Both the position numbers and the translations under genes were made by a program. This document shows, piece after piece, positions 34,944-51,110 of a stretch of 64,000 bases of DNA (position 1 is the first letter of the stretch; every line of letters begins with the position of its first letter). Source of the stretch: the human T2T-CHM13v2.0 reference genome, Homo sapiens; assembly GCF_009914755.1 (NCBI RefSeq), contig NC_060929.1; one strand, written 5' to 3'. The notes under the pieces are model-generated. The model saw nothing but the letters and a program-made list of their open reading frames with translations, was not told the DNA's origin and did no database searches.

Positions 34944-35083
34944 ACAGGTGGTCCCTGACTTGCAGTGGTTTGATTTATGATTTTTCGACTTTACAATGGG
35001 TTTATTGGGGGTATTAAATGCATTTTCACCTTACGATGGGGATTATCAGGGTATAGCCTCATTGTAAATCAAGAAGCATCTGT
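34944..35083. mobile_element. Tigger4/MER46-like MITE
   Basis: TIR-like CAGGTGGTCCCTGACTT...AAATCAAGAAGCATCTGTA; internal CTTACGATGGG. Confidence 0.6.
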
Positions 35084-35675
35084 ATTAGATTTTCTGTCTG
35101 CTGAAACAAATTACTACCAATTTAGCATCTTAATACAAAAATTTGGTTTTTTTCTTTTTTTAACAAAATAATCTGCACAATCAAGAAATTTATTTATTTA
35201 TTTATTTTACAACTCTGTAGGTCATAAGTTCAGCATGAATTTCACCAGTCTAAAATCAAAGTGTCAGCAAGGCTAGGTTCCTTTCTGGAGGCTCGAGGGA
35301 AAATCTATTTCCTTGTACATTGATCATTGGTAGAATGTAGTTCCTTGAGTCTGTAAGACTGAAATCTCTGTTTCCTTGGTGGCTGTCAGCTGAGGGTTCT
35401 TTCCAGCTTCAGAAGCCACTCACATGCCCTAGTTTAAGAACCCCTTCCTCAATCATCAAAGTCAGCAACTCTTCTGCTTTCCTCTTCCACTTTCAAGGAC
35501 TCGTGATTACATTGGGCCTACTTGAATAATCCAGGATAATCCCCTCCTCTCAAGGTTCTTAACCTTAATTACACCTGCAAAGTCTCTTTTGCCATGTAAG
35601 GTAACATATTTACAGATTCTAGGGATTATAGCATGGACATCTTTGGGGGAGGGGAGGATTATTTGGCCTACCACA
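35081..35675 (-). mobile_element. MLT1D/E-like MaLR LTR
   Basis: AAAATCAAAGTGTCAGCAAGGCT...TTTTGCCATGTAAGGTAACATATT...GCCTACCACA. Confidence 0.85.
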
Positions 35676-36692
35676 CAATGCCTGCACCTCCTCTGTTATT
35701 GCCTGAAAATGTAGCCAGTGGCAGAATAGGGAGCCAGATAGGCTGGTGCTGGGGCGTCGAGGGTATCAGCAGACACAGCAGCAAATCTGGAGACTAGACC
35801 CACTGTAAGAGATGATGGATTTCAGTTCTAATCCATCAGTGAACCCAGAATCCAGTGAACCTTTTGAGGCAAGAAACGTAAATATCTAACTTGGCATTTT
35901 CCTAGCATTCCCCAGCTATAAGCTAGGCAGTTTAGAAAACAAGGAATTCAGACTCTAGACCCTGCTCAATAGGTTCACCAATTAAAAGTGTCAGTCTGAG
36001 GAGAAGCAGCATGATGATGATGTGAGGCACACTCTGAGGGGAAAAGAAACAGGGTTAGGGAGGAGTGAGCCACTGTCCCAGATTAATAGAACGTTAGAAC
36101 TGTCCAAAGGATCTGAGATATCCTTTAGCCATGTTCTAGGCCTTTTAGGAAGTTTTCTGGAGCAGGCCTTATGCTTTATACCTGGTTTACTGCTTTATCC
36201 ACAACATCACTGTTTTAGTTGCTCAAGAAATACTTGAATGATGTACTAGAGTAGAAACTCTGGTTAGAAAGGTGAGTTGATATGTTCAAGATCAAACGGT
36301 TGGTTTGCAGGAGAGAGGGCATAGACTGGTTTTGAGTCTTTGTTCTACCAAATTTAGGAGGTACCTTCCGTAAAATGAACTCCTGCACCAAATGAGGCTT
36401 CTTGTATAATTTCTCTCTACCTTGCACATAGCATTTCTTCCTTCTATATGAAATTATTCATATAGAATAATTCTATTCATTTAATAACCTATTTATTTAA
36501 TGTCTAAAACATTAGTCAAGAGACCTGAGTTCTGTTCCCTGTTTCCCCATTCACTTCCTTGGTGTCTGAGACAAATTACTTAACCTGTCCAAACTCCAGT
36601 TTCTTCAATCATGAGAGAGGCTGAGGTTCCTTCTCAGCTCGCACATTCTATAATTCTAAATTTCATGGAGGCTAATGAATTAATAAGCTCCC

Positions 36693-37096
36693 TGCTATGG
36701 TTTGGGTATGGCTTTGGACCTGCAAAGTGTCATGTTGAAATATGAGTCCCAGTGCTGGAGTTGGGGCCTGGTGGGAGGTGTTTGGGCCATATGGATGAAT
36801 TCCTCACAAATGGCTTGGTGCTATTCTCCTGAGAGTGAGTTCTCATCCTTGAGAACAGGTTGTTCAAAAGAACCGAGAGTCAGCTTCTCCCTTTCTCTCC
36901 CCTGATGCCCCATCTTGCACTGTAGCCATGTGATCTCTGCACGAAGTCTCCCCTTTGCCTTCTGCATGAGTGGAAGCAGCATAAGGCCCTCATCTGAAGC
37001 TGACAGCCTGCAGAACCATGAGTCAAATAATCCTCTTTTCTTCATACATTATCCAGCCTCCCGTATTCCTTTATAGCAACACAAACAGATTAAGAC
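36693..37096 (+). mobile_element. MST (MaLR) solo LTR
   Basis: TGCTATGGTTTG...GGGGCCTGGTGGGAGGTGTTTGGG...TTTATAGCAACACAAACAGATTAAGAC. Confidence 0.85.
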
Positions 37097-37172
37097 CCTC
37101 ACCCATGGACCATATGTCTGCATGTCCTCATATCAGTGTTCCCAAAAGTGTGATCAGCCACCACCAAAGTCA

Positions 37173-37589
<417 letters not shown>

Positions 37590-38982
37590 CTACACATAAA
37601 AAGTGATAATATTTATGTGGCATACTAGGGGAAGAAACCTTAAGACTGTCTCTCTGACAATGCACATCTTGCTGAGAAATTCTGCCATACGTATTGAGAA
37701 AAACAGCTGCAGAAAAATATACATATGATCTAACTTTTTCAAGACAATGCCAAAGCTCAGTATTAGAGTGTATGCATATCTGCATGAATATGTATTGTTT
37801 TTATACAATTACATGTTATTTTATGTAAGTGCAGATATACACTATTACAAGAATATTTAAAGAAATGTACTAGGTTGTTAATGTAGGGGAAGAGAAGAGG
37901 GAATACACGGAATAAAAATTTTTGTAAGTGAAAAATTCAATATGTATGTCATGACTCCATTTATACATTTATGTAAAATAATGTATAGAGATGTAAAAAA
38001 TAAAAAATGCAGATCCAGAGCCCCTACCTCAGATCCTTTCAAGCGTAATCTTAGCAATAGGAGGTATGGTAAGGTGGGTGTCTGCATCTTCAACAGGTAT
38101 TCCAAATGATTCTATAACAGTAAAGTCTGTAAACCTTTGCATTAGGTGCAAATATCATTAGCTGTAAACAGAACATAGTTGGAAATTTCCATCCTGCAAT
38201 GCGGGCTCAGCTGACCCTCATTGTCTTGGAACATAGTAGATGCATAATAAATAGTGCAGATTATTTTGAGTCATTTGGAGGACAGGTGGAGGGAGTGAGG
38301 GCAAAAGTGGTGAGAGAAGCAGATGAGCTGGGCAAGGACATGCTTGCTCAGGAGAAGGGAGGCAAAGCGTATAAGAACATACTGAGCCTCCTTGCCACTT
38401 TCGACGTTCAACCAATATTTGTTAGGCACTAAATATACATGCAGGACACTTTTCTGTATGTTGTTTCATTTAATTCTTAAATAATCCTTTACAGACTCAG
38501 AGAGGTGAAGAGAGTAGCACAGGTAGTATCAGAATTGGGATTCAAACCTGACACATACACTGAGCACTAAGTTAAAACCGGGCACTGGGCAGCTGCTGAG
38601 GATGCGATGGTGAGTACAACAGACTGCTTGCTCTTTTTGATATCTAGAATCTTACAGCTCTGCTGTGCTCATCCTTGTCTGTTGTCATTTACTAGTTGAC
38701 ATCTTCGTTGACTACCTAGAAGCAGCTGCTTCGACATCTATCCCAACCTGAATCCCGTCAAAGGGAGATTACAACAAATGTGCTTTTTGTCTATCATCTC
38801 TAGCTAGTGTTTCACAGTGGGGGGAGTATCATTTCCTGGGTGACTTTGCATAGAGCAAGCTCCCCAAAGGCCAAGGAATACTCAATCTAGATTCTTCCAA
38901 TCCTCCGGTACCCACCAAGTCAAAAGAATTCTGGCTCCCTGTAGCTTCATCTAAGTGCTTTTCTGTTAGAGGAGAAAAGTGA

Positions 38983-39337
<355 letters not shown>

Positions 39338-39862
39338 GGTACAAATTAATTTAACACATCTTTTGATAATCTCATCCTTGGTGTTGGAAAAGACGGGAAA
39401 ATCCAAAAGTGTCTATTTTGTGCCCAAATGCTCAAGTTAATACTCGAGGGCCTTGATCTCTGGCCTCTTGCCATCCCTCTCCCCATTATTTCTGAAGAAG
39501 TAGCCATTTTGCAGATTCCGGAGGATGGGAGCCACGGCCGGCCCCTGGTACTGAATCTCATCTCCTTCTCAAGGCTCCTTGGATCAAGTTGGGACCGGCA
39601 GCGCCAAGGCTGCTCTCCGTGATTTAGCAGCAACCTAGAGTCAGAGAGACCGGAAGATGGGAGGCCGGGATTCTCAGGTGGGGTCAGGGGTATGCAAAAA
39701 TCCTTAGCAGCGGCCGCGCCCCCGCCCCGGGGAGGTAATTTGCGGAGGGCGGTGCAGTAGCCTCTCCAGTGCCCGCGTCCCACGGTCTAACGGCACTGCT
39801 CCCGGGGTGCGCGGCCCACGACTCAGGCTGCCTCCCCCAACCTGACAAGTGTGCGTCCTTAC

Positions 39863-40100
39863 CACAAAATGCCACCACTTCCCTAAGTGACGCTGGGCCC
39901 CGGGGACCTGATTTGAAATCGGTGTTCAGAAGACCGAGCCCGGCTGGACGCAGCTGGCCTCCGGCTGAGAGCGGAGGGGAAGGGTTCCATACTCTCCGAG
40001 GATCCCGCGGGCTCGTGGCGTGTGGAACGCTTTTCATCGCTTTCAGTTCCCGTTTCCTTCGCCCCGACTGCCTACTCGGTCGCAGCTAAAGCCCGGAGCG
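39863..40100 (-). ncRNA. Candidate first exon of a divergent lncRNA (SCAMP1-AS1-like)
   Basis: Minus-strand donor TG|GTAAGG (plus-strand CCTTAC|C at 39857-39863) inside the CpG island; a divergent lncRNA is known at the human locus; TSS not determinable from sequence. Confidence 0.4.
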
Positions 40101-40320
40101 TGGGATCCGGGCCCGGAGGAACGGGATGGCGAACGCGAGCTGCGCCGCGGCCAGGAGCCCGCCGCACCGGGCATGCTCAGTGGCGCGGCCGGCTGGGTGG
40201 CCCGCGAGCTGCACCCGGATCTGCTCGGCGGCGGCGACGTGAGCGCGCAGGGGGGCGGCGGCCTCGCCTCGTCTCTCTCTCTGCGCCTGGGTCGGGTGGG
40301 TGACGCCGAGAGCCAGAGAG

Positions 40321-40377
40321 ATGTCGGATTTCGACAGTAACCCGTTTGCCGACCCGGATCTCAACAATCCCTTCAAG
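40321..40377 (+). CDS. SCAMP1: SCAMP1 coding exon 1 (secretory carrier-associated membrane protein 1, N-terminus with two NPF motifs)
   Basis: ATG at 40321 translates to MSDFDSNPFADPDLNNPFK, the recognisable SCAMP1 N-terminus; followed by a canonical donor AAG|GTGAGC at 40378 (phase 0); lies in a CpG island. Exon 2 was not seen in the window. Confidence 0.96.
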
Positions 40378-42462
40378 GTGAGCTTCGGCCCCAGCATCTC
40401 CTGCCGCCGCGACGCGTCGTTGTTTGTGAAAACGGACGAGTTCCTTCGCGCCCACTGCGTCTGCCCCTCGGCTCCCCTTAGCAGCCCAGAGAGGGGCGCG
40501 GGGCCGCCGTCCTCCATTTGGGGTCGCGCCCCGGCCCCGTGTCACTCCTTTGGGTTTTGGGGCTTGGGGGTGGAACCTCCTCAGCTCGTGCCCGGCCGCC
40601 CTTCCACACGTCCCCGACTGGTGAGGGTCGTGTCTGCAGCCGGGACTGGGCCCGCGCGCCCGGAGGGGTCCTGGCCCGCCTCTCAGGAGAGAAAGCCGAG
40701 GGCAGGTAGAGTCGCCCCTTGCCAAGCAAGTGTGGCTGGCAGGGCCGGGAGTCGGCGGAGGGGGGCCCGCCCTGGGGTGGGGTTGTCATGGGGACCCGAG
40801 GTGGCGGCGGCGGAGAGCTGCGTGGGGTGATGGCAGAGGTGTGGAGGAGGAGAGAGGTGAGGGCACCGAGTATGCTGCAATTAAAAAAAAAAAAGGTTAT
40901 GTTTTTATTTTTTAAACTTGTGTTGCACCCAAATACCACCAGTGGCGCTGCCATCCCCCCTCTTTCTGTTAGGTTGAGGTTGAGGTTATTGATACCAAAG
41001 CAAAACTTAAAAATAAACATATCTGGAAAACAATAGTGCACGTGGACGACCTCTTCCCTACCCAGCTGCTTCTAGCAAGGTAAACGATGGGATATTTTCC
41101 AAGCTCCTAGTGCGTCACCGGTTCTCTGGGCTATGTGAGGATACCATTTCCTACTTGAGCTGCTTTTCTTCTTGGAGTCGACCTTATCAACCCCGGCTTC
41201 GGAAGGGCTTGGCACAGAATCCTGCAAAGGAAGGCGGCTGAGATATTCATCGTCTGCGTTTAAATGAATGCAACATCTAAATAACTCTCTCTTTGAAAGT
41301 ATTCTGAATTTCCTAATGAGTGTAACTGTTAGCACGTGTAATTTGTTTCCAACTGTTGGTTGAAGTTGTTTCTCAATCCCCCCGGCCATGTGCAGTAGTA
41401 ACTTTAATTTGCAGTCACACAGAATAAAACAGGAACTCTAATTTGTGGTCACACAAGTGTCACTTCTGGCTTGTTGAGTTTACATCTTTTTACTCCTGGT
41501 TTTATCTTTCATTAAGAATCCTGGAAGAGGAAAACTATTTCTGCTCTGATTATTAAATGCCTGATAATTCCAAGGAGGATTATTTTAATGAAATGACCCT
41601 GATTATTATTGACAACTCGACTCACTTTGTAGCAGTGTAGAATTAGACTCAGTCACTGTTTCATTGTCCCTAATGTCACTTAAAATTCAGTACAACTGGC
41701 CTGTACCTTTCAGTGACATGGTTGCATTTTAAGACTTTTTTTTTTTTCCTGGCAGTTTTGTTTCAATTAGTATTGGACTTGCTTCCATGTTGTGGAAAAT
41801 CAGGTAGTTCTTAAATGGTAGACTTTCTAAAGAGACCGTTCATAAATTGTTAAATGGGTGTTATTTTAAAATATTTTGAAGATAAAACATCAAGAACCTT
41901 TTAGCCTTTCCTAATTCAGATAATTCACTGACGCTGTTTATTCAGCATCTGACGATTTGGCAGTGTATTTTCTACTTGGTCATTCCATTTCATGGTTCAT
42001 TTCATATTAACTGGCTCTCTTGTTAGGGCAAAACATTGTCTTCATCTTAGCCCAGACTGTCCTTTTGTGACATCTGATATTGCCATGACACTTTTCCTCT
42101 TCTGACATTCATAAAGTTGCTGTAGTAATTCTAAACCCAGGAGTTGTTTTAAATATTCATTGTGGCATAACGTTATAAATCTTTTTTGTTCTTTTATAAG
42201 TGGATGTATCCAGGACAATGATTATTCAAGTTTGTAAAATGCATCAGGGACAGATCATTTAGGTCTAAAGTAGACTTGGTTGTACACATATTTCTGCTTA
42301 TGATCTTTCTCTGTTTTTGGTGACTGTTATAGCACTGTCAGTGTATCTGACCCTTTATTTTTCCATTTATGTTCACCTGCCCCTCCTCCTCACAAAGTAT
42401 AGTTTTATATCTATATTTTGTCTTTTTACTTTTGCTTATATTTATGTAAAAGTGATTTTTGA

Positions 42463-43158
<696 letters not shown>

Positions 43159-44446
43159 CATTTTTCAAATCTGTTTTTATTTGCAGTATTTGAAGATAAA
43201 GCTCTTATTTTCAAGTATATGATATTTCGCATTTGGTAACTATGCTAATTTCTTTTTCATTAAATCCTATTTGTTTTCCATTGCCTTTTTCATTTTTTAG
43301 CATTTCTTTTCCTTCACTTTTATGTTAGGAATACTTCTGCAAGCATCTTCGTTTGTGCCGTATCATGAAAGTAGTTTGAGTCTATTCTCCTTATATAATA
43401 TAACCATAGTGGTTTACTTGATTTTATTGGTTCTTGTAAGGCTATTTGCTGGATTCAGTTCATTTTTTTTTGTTGAGCCCCTGCTTTATATTCTAGTGGT
43501 TTTCCTAGGCTTAGTGAATGGTTTTATGAAATTTGAATGGCTTTCATTGCGCATCAAGAAACTTGGAATAACTGGAAATCTGTAGTGATCGAAAAGAAAA
43601 TAGGTGATTAATTATATAGAAGTTTCTGAGGATCCACTCTTGAGCTGTTAAAATGGGGTTTTAAAGCTATAGAGGGAAAAATATTTTCTGTATAGTCAAC
43701 ATGTAATTATTGAAGAATTGCTGTATGTCCTTTGTTTTCTGTTGAGTTTATTCATTCAACAAATACTGAAGAAGTGTCTCTGTCCTTATGGCTATTAGTC
43801 TAACAGTGAGACAAATATGCTTGGAAAATGAATGAAAGGGGAGAGTTTAATAACCAGCAGAGGTCAGCAATATAGGCTCTTACAAGTCAGCATAAGAGTG
43901 TATGGTTAAGTGCCGGAACAAGTGCAGTTTGTTCATAAAAGGAAGAAATTAGTAAGTGGTCAGAAAATTTTCATGCTTTATGCTTTTGCATATTAACATG
44001 ATAATTGATTGAATAAGATAGTTCATTATGGAAATAACATTTAAATTAATTTTTAAAATATGAAGAGAATTAGAATTTCACAGCTGGGGGGGCAAATTCT
44101 TAAAATATATTCAGTCAGATCTCATAGATTAAAAAACAAAGCCCACAGAGGCACACTTGCTCATTGTCTTGTGCCCATGTGTAGGTAGTGTAGAATTGGC
44201 ATTAGAACTTAGGTCTCCTGATTTCTAGTCCATTACTGGTGACACTGTATGTGCTCCCTGGTTGCATTTTGATACCACAATTCTTGTTTTGTATTTGGAG
44301 GTTAGAGTTGAGGGGAGGCAGCAGAGGATAGGATTAAAAAATTTTGGCTCAAGAATTTGAAAAGATCTGGGCTTGATCCTGGCTTTGACACTAACTGGGT
44401 GTGAGACCTTGGAAAGTTACTTAACCTCTTTCAGACTCAGTTTACT

Positions 44447-44678
44447 CATCGCGTGTTCTCACTCATAGGTGGGAATTGAATAATGAGAACACTTGGACAC
44501 AGGGTGGGGAACATCACACACCGGGGTCTGTCATGGGGTGGGGGGAGGGGAGAAGGATAGGAGATATACCTAATGTAAATGACGAGTTAATGGGTGCAGC
44601 ACACCAACATGGCACATGTATACATATGTAACAAACCTGTACGTTGTGCACATGTACCCTAGAAGTATTAAAAAAGAA
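44447..44678 (+). mobile_element. Short 5'-truncated L1PA 3' end inserted in a MIR
   Basis: TTCTCACTCATAGGTGGGAATTGAA...GCACATGTACCCTAGAA; 14-bp TSD AGACTCAGTTTACT at 44433-44446 and 44679-44692. Confidence 0.93.
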
Positions 44679-44846
44679 AGACTCAGTTTACTATTTTGTA
44701 AAATAGGGTAATAGTACATTCTCTATAGGATTGTAAATAGGATTAGATGAACATACATTTAGCATATAGTAAGAGCTTAATGTATAGTGGTTTTAATTAG
44801 GTACTAATATTTAGTATTAATAGTAATTTAAGAAATTCTGTTTAAT

Positions 44847-45159
<313 letters not shown>

Positions 45160-45575
45160 TTAATAATCTCTATATGCTTAGCTATGAATTTAGTGAAATT
45201 TATGTTACTTTTGGATCTTCTGGAGTGCTGGTAGTAGCTGTTTGACTGATCATAGTCAAGGAATCAAAGCTAAAAATAATTAAGTGCTTTGCCTACATCA
45301 ACCTGCTAGACTAGACCAAGGTTGTCTGAATTCTGGTGCTTTTTCACAACACGTAGTTCCTCCCTAATAAAATATCTCCATGTTAAAATTGAGCATAGTG
45401 TCCATTTTGTTTTGGCCTCAAAAATTAATTTTAGTCTATTGAAATTTTTTTTAGAAATGGCCTAAAATTCAGCATTCTCACTTATGTTATCTTTTAAGTT
45501 ACAGTAATCTGGTGGCATTGTAAGAGTTGAAATTTAAAATTGAAAATGACCCATAATTCAAGTGTGTTATTCATT

Positions 45576-46251
<676 letters not shown>

Positions 46252-46329
46252 GTTTTCATTTTGTAACATCAAGAATGTTATCCATCTTATTTCATTTACC
46301 TTGACAATGATACTTACAAGTTGATTTCA

Positions 46330-46612
<283 letters not shown>

Positions 46613-46893
46613 GATATAAAATTTTGAGTTTGGAGATTGGATAGCACTAGGAAAGTATTCTGAGGATTTCCTTTGTGATTGTCACATTTTGAAAACTGTC
46701 TTTTAACATTAATCTGGAACATAGTGGTTGCAGTTTGTGGGCCTGTGTTATTTTACGTTCATGTCAACTGCATGAATTCCTGCTCATTTTTCCTCATGTT
46801 AATGTTTTTAAAAAGCACATATTGAGCTGCTGTTATATTTCATCAACTTAAGATGCCATCCTTTGTAAGATGCACCATTATCTTATTTACCAC

Positions 46894-47330
46894 TGTCTCA
46901 CTTATCTGTTGCTATGTAACAATCCCAAAATATAATGGCTTAAAATAACAATTATTTGCTCACGATTCTGTTAATTGCGCTAGACTTAGCTGGGCAGGTT
47001 TTTTCTTTTTTTTAATGTTCTTTTCTGGAGTCACTAAAGTGGCTTCAGTCACCTGGTTTATGGTTTCAGATATCCTTACTCAAGTGCCTGCTGGTTACCT
47101 GGAGATGTCAGTGGGCACAGCAATTAGCTGTCTTTCATGTAGCCTCTCTACTAGTAATAAATGGGCTTTGTGCATAGTAGCAGCAGTGCTCCCAGAGGGC
47201 AAGAGCTGAATCTACAAGGCTTCTTGAATCATATGCTACTTCTGCTGTATTCTGTTGGTCAAAAAAAGGCACAAGTTCAGCCTAGATTTTAAAAGGAGTG
47301 GCAAGCAATAGGCTCCACTTCTTGACTGGA
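46894..47330 (-). mobile_element. Old MLT1 LTR fragment
   Basis: TCTGTTGCTATGTAACAA...GCTTAAAATAACA...CTACTTCTGCTGTATTCTGTTGGTCAAA. Confidence 0.65.
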
Positions 47331-48651
47331 GACAGACCTATGATCTGAAGATACACCTAGTATAAAATGGCGAGGTAGTCGTAGGATAACTTCACTAGAC
47401 ACTCCCATTCAAATAGGGAAAGAGTGGGAGGCGTGTAGCACCTGCTGATGCATAGCAGTTCTGAAATCTAGCCAGGCACGTGTTGTTAGGGTCCCCTACA
47501 CTGGGGACAATGAATGTTTCTTGATTAGGGCCCAGTTCTGCTACCTCGTATTGGTTCCTTCACCTGTTATTTTCTTCTGCTTTTGGCTCCACCCTCTGAG
47601 AGGTCCTTTATTTATTTTTTTCTATAAGAATGAGCCCTTTTGGCAGCTGAGTAGCATTTTTGGCCTGCTTCTTGCCCATTGAAAATTGGGAGCCCAGAAG
47701 TTTCTATTAATTTTGAACTGTTTCTTTAGTCCAGGCTGTCACAACTCTCTTAACAGTTTCTTTTTAATCTTACCAGAGTTCAAACCATGCCTTAAAAACC
47801 ACATTTGTCATTCTTTTTGAGACAATCTTCATTTAGGGTGAAGTGTCCGTTGCCATGGTCGGTATTCTTCAGATGTTTAGAAAACTTTTGTCTAGGTTGA
47901 GCATCTCATATGGCCAGGGGAAGGCTGCTGCCATAGGAGGCTGCTGTGCCACGTGACAAAACTAAGATTTGAACACAGTTTTATTTTGGCCCTGTAGCTT
48001 TACAGTCATATGAGATGATGGTGATTATGAAAATTTCGAAAGTAAACTGTTCTTGTGCTGATATTACCAAAAGTTTTTTTTGGACTATGATTAATATTTA
48101 ATAGTGATAAATGCAGATCCAAATAATTTATTGGTTATTTCCTTAATATGAACCACCAGTGTGATATAGTTGCTGAAAAATATATATTGGCTTAGTGAAA
48201 TTAGTGATCAGTTCCTTAAAATTAATAATCCTATAGTATTCTGTTCTGGTCTAATAGCTGGGTATTCTTCTCAATTGCAAGTGCATATTTAAAGAGTGGT
48301 TTGAAAATACTAGGATATGCCCAAAGAGGACAGTCAGAATGGTCATGGGACTGGAATCAAGTTCTAGGAAGAACAATTTAAGTTTCAATTACTCAGTGGA
48401 TTTAGTCTACAGAGGGCTAAAGGGAAATAGGAGAGCTCCCATCAGATACTTAAAGTGTTCTTAGGTAAGTGAATAAACTTGTTATTTGTTGCTTTAGAAA
48501 AAGAATCTAAGGTTAACTGGCAAAGTTTACTTGAAGGTAAAGGTAAATTTTGTCCAAACAGACTTTTAAAAATCTGCTACCATGGCCTGACAATGCTCTT
48601 TTGGTAGGGCATTCTCCAGCACTTGCAGAAATTCAAGCAGAAGTTGGATAA

Positions 48652-49366
<715 letters not shown>

Positions 49367-50209
49367 ATTTTCTCTGTTCTAATATATCGACCATATTGGA
49401 TATTGGAATTAAGTATGATCAGTTCAGCTAGAGAGGATGCTTTATGTTCAGAGACCAGCTATGCTCTGAGCCTCAGCTTCTGCTGAGGGAGCAGCCCTCA
49501 TGGTAGCTTACACATTTGTGATCATGTCCTCTAGGGTGTGGCTTTTGCCACCCTGGCCTCAGCTGACTGATCTTAACAAAGGTACTTGTCCAAAGCAGTG
49601 GAATAGCAGTTATCTCACTAGGCTTTTGAAGGCCATTTTCAAGAATTCCTGTCCTTCATTAGAGGTGTTTTTTAACTAGAAGGGATGTGCCATGTCATGA
49701 AGAATTTCAATCTCTGTGAAACCTGGCGTTCTTCTTTCTGTATATATCTTTAAAATATTCTCCTGCTCCCAGCATTTGGGGTGACCTGAGTGAGTCTGTC
49801 TGTTTCAACCAGAATTGCTAAACCGTAAGTGTAAAGTAACATTTTCTTGCCAAAAGGGTGATAGAGTTAAGCCTGTATTTAGACCTACAGTTTTTGGTGG
49901 TGTAGTGGAGTAATATACTTGCAAATATTGTAAGATGTTTTTAAATCACAAGGGAGAATTTTCCAACTTTCAGTGGGTGTGGGATATAAAAGGTGACATG
50001 TAGTTTGGTTAGATTTAACCTTGTAACAAGTCTCTGAGTTGTTCCTACTGAGGCAGTCTGTAATGTCCTGCAGCGTTTGACTTCATATGTGTAGACTGGT
50101 GTGGAAAACCCTGTTCTCCTTTCTGTGCAGAAGGCTTGCAGATCTATACCCAGAGAGCAATCCAGTAATCCCCTTCTCCTTGGCATTTGGCTTTGGGTGC
50201 TTTTCAGAA

Positions 50210-51110
50210 TTAGTAATGTTTCTTTATCCATTGCTGGACACCTAAGTTGTTTCTGTTTTTTGTCTATTACAGATAATGTGTCTATAAACATTCCTGTACA
50301 AGTGTTCTGTTTGATCACCTGTTTTAAATTCTTTTGGGGATATATACCTACAAGTGGAATTGCCTAGTCATATGGTAACTCTGTTTAATCATGGAGGAGC
50401 TTCCAGACCCTTTTCCAAAGTGGCTGTACCATTTTATATTCCTGCTAGCAGTGTATGGGTATGTAGATTTCTCTACATCTTTGTTAACACTTGCTATTAC
50501 CTGTTTTTTATTCTAGTCATCCTAGTGGGGGTGAAGTGGTATCTTGTGGTTTTGATTTGCAGTCTGCTGATAACTAATGATGTTGAGAATCTTCTCATTT
50601 GCTTATTGACATTTGCATATTTTCTTTGATGTCTGTTCAGATCCTTTGGCCATTCTTAGATTGGGTTATTTGTCTTTTTTATTATTGAGTTATAAGAGTT
50701 TTTATATATCCTGGATACATACCTTTATCAGGTATGTGATTTGTGACTTTTTTTCCCATTTTCTGGGTTGTCTTTTTACTTTCTTGATAACATCTTTTGA
50801 AGCACAAAAGCTTTTAATTTTGTTAAGTTCAAATTACCTATTTTTTGTTGTTGGTGTTTTAGTGTCACATCTAAGAATCCTTTGCCAAATCTGAGGTAAA
50901 GAAGGTTTATCCCTATGTTTTCTTCAAAGAGTTTTATAGTTTTAGCTGTTGAATTTAGGTCTATGATTCATTTTGAGTTAATTTTTGTATTTGGTATGAC
51001 GTAAGGTCAACTTTATTGTTTTGCATGTGGTTATAATGGTTGTTCCAGCACCATTTGTTGAAAAGATTGTTCAGTCCCCATTGAATGATCTTGGCACACT
51101 TGTCAAAAAT
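50210..51110 (-). mobile_element. L1M (ORF2 3' region) fragment
   Basis: GTGAAGTGGTATCTTGTGGTTTTGATTTGC, CCAGCACCATTTGTTGAAAAGA. Confidence 0.85.

Larger units (their letters stand above)
39520..40870. promoter_or_regulatory. CpG island / GC-rich promoter of SCAMP1 (probably bidirectional)
   Basis: Sharp rise in GC and CpG density relative to the flanks; GC boxes, ETS motif ACCGGAAG (39649), YY1-like GCCATTTT (39503), GACGTGA near 40236. Confidence 0.92.

Noticed and set aside
40300-40830. 176-aa ORF containing the SCAMP1 N-terminus
   Set aside because: It begins at a GTG upstream of the true ATG and reads through the GT donor into GC-rich intron; only 40321-40377 is supported as coding
40935-40952. 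CTCF-like CCACCAGTGGCGCTG
   Set aside because: One base short of the core spacing, so a poor match
39346-41041. Many overlapping 100-190 aa ORFs on both strands
   Set aside because: Expected from stop-codon scarcity in a CpG island; low-complexity G/P/R/A peptides with no recognisable domain
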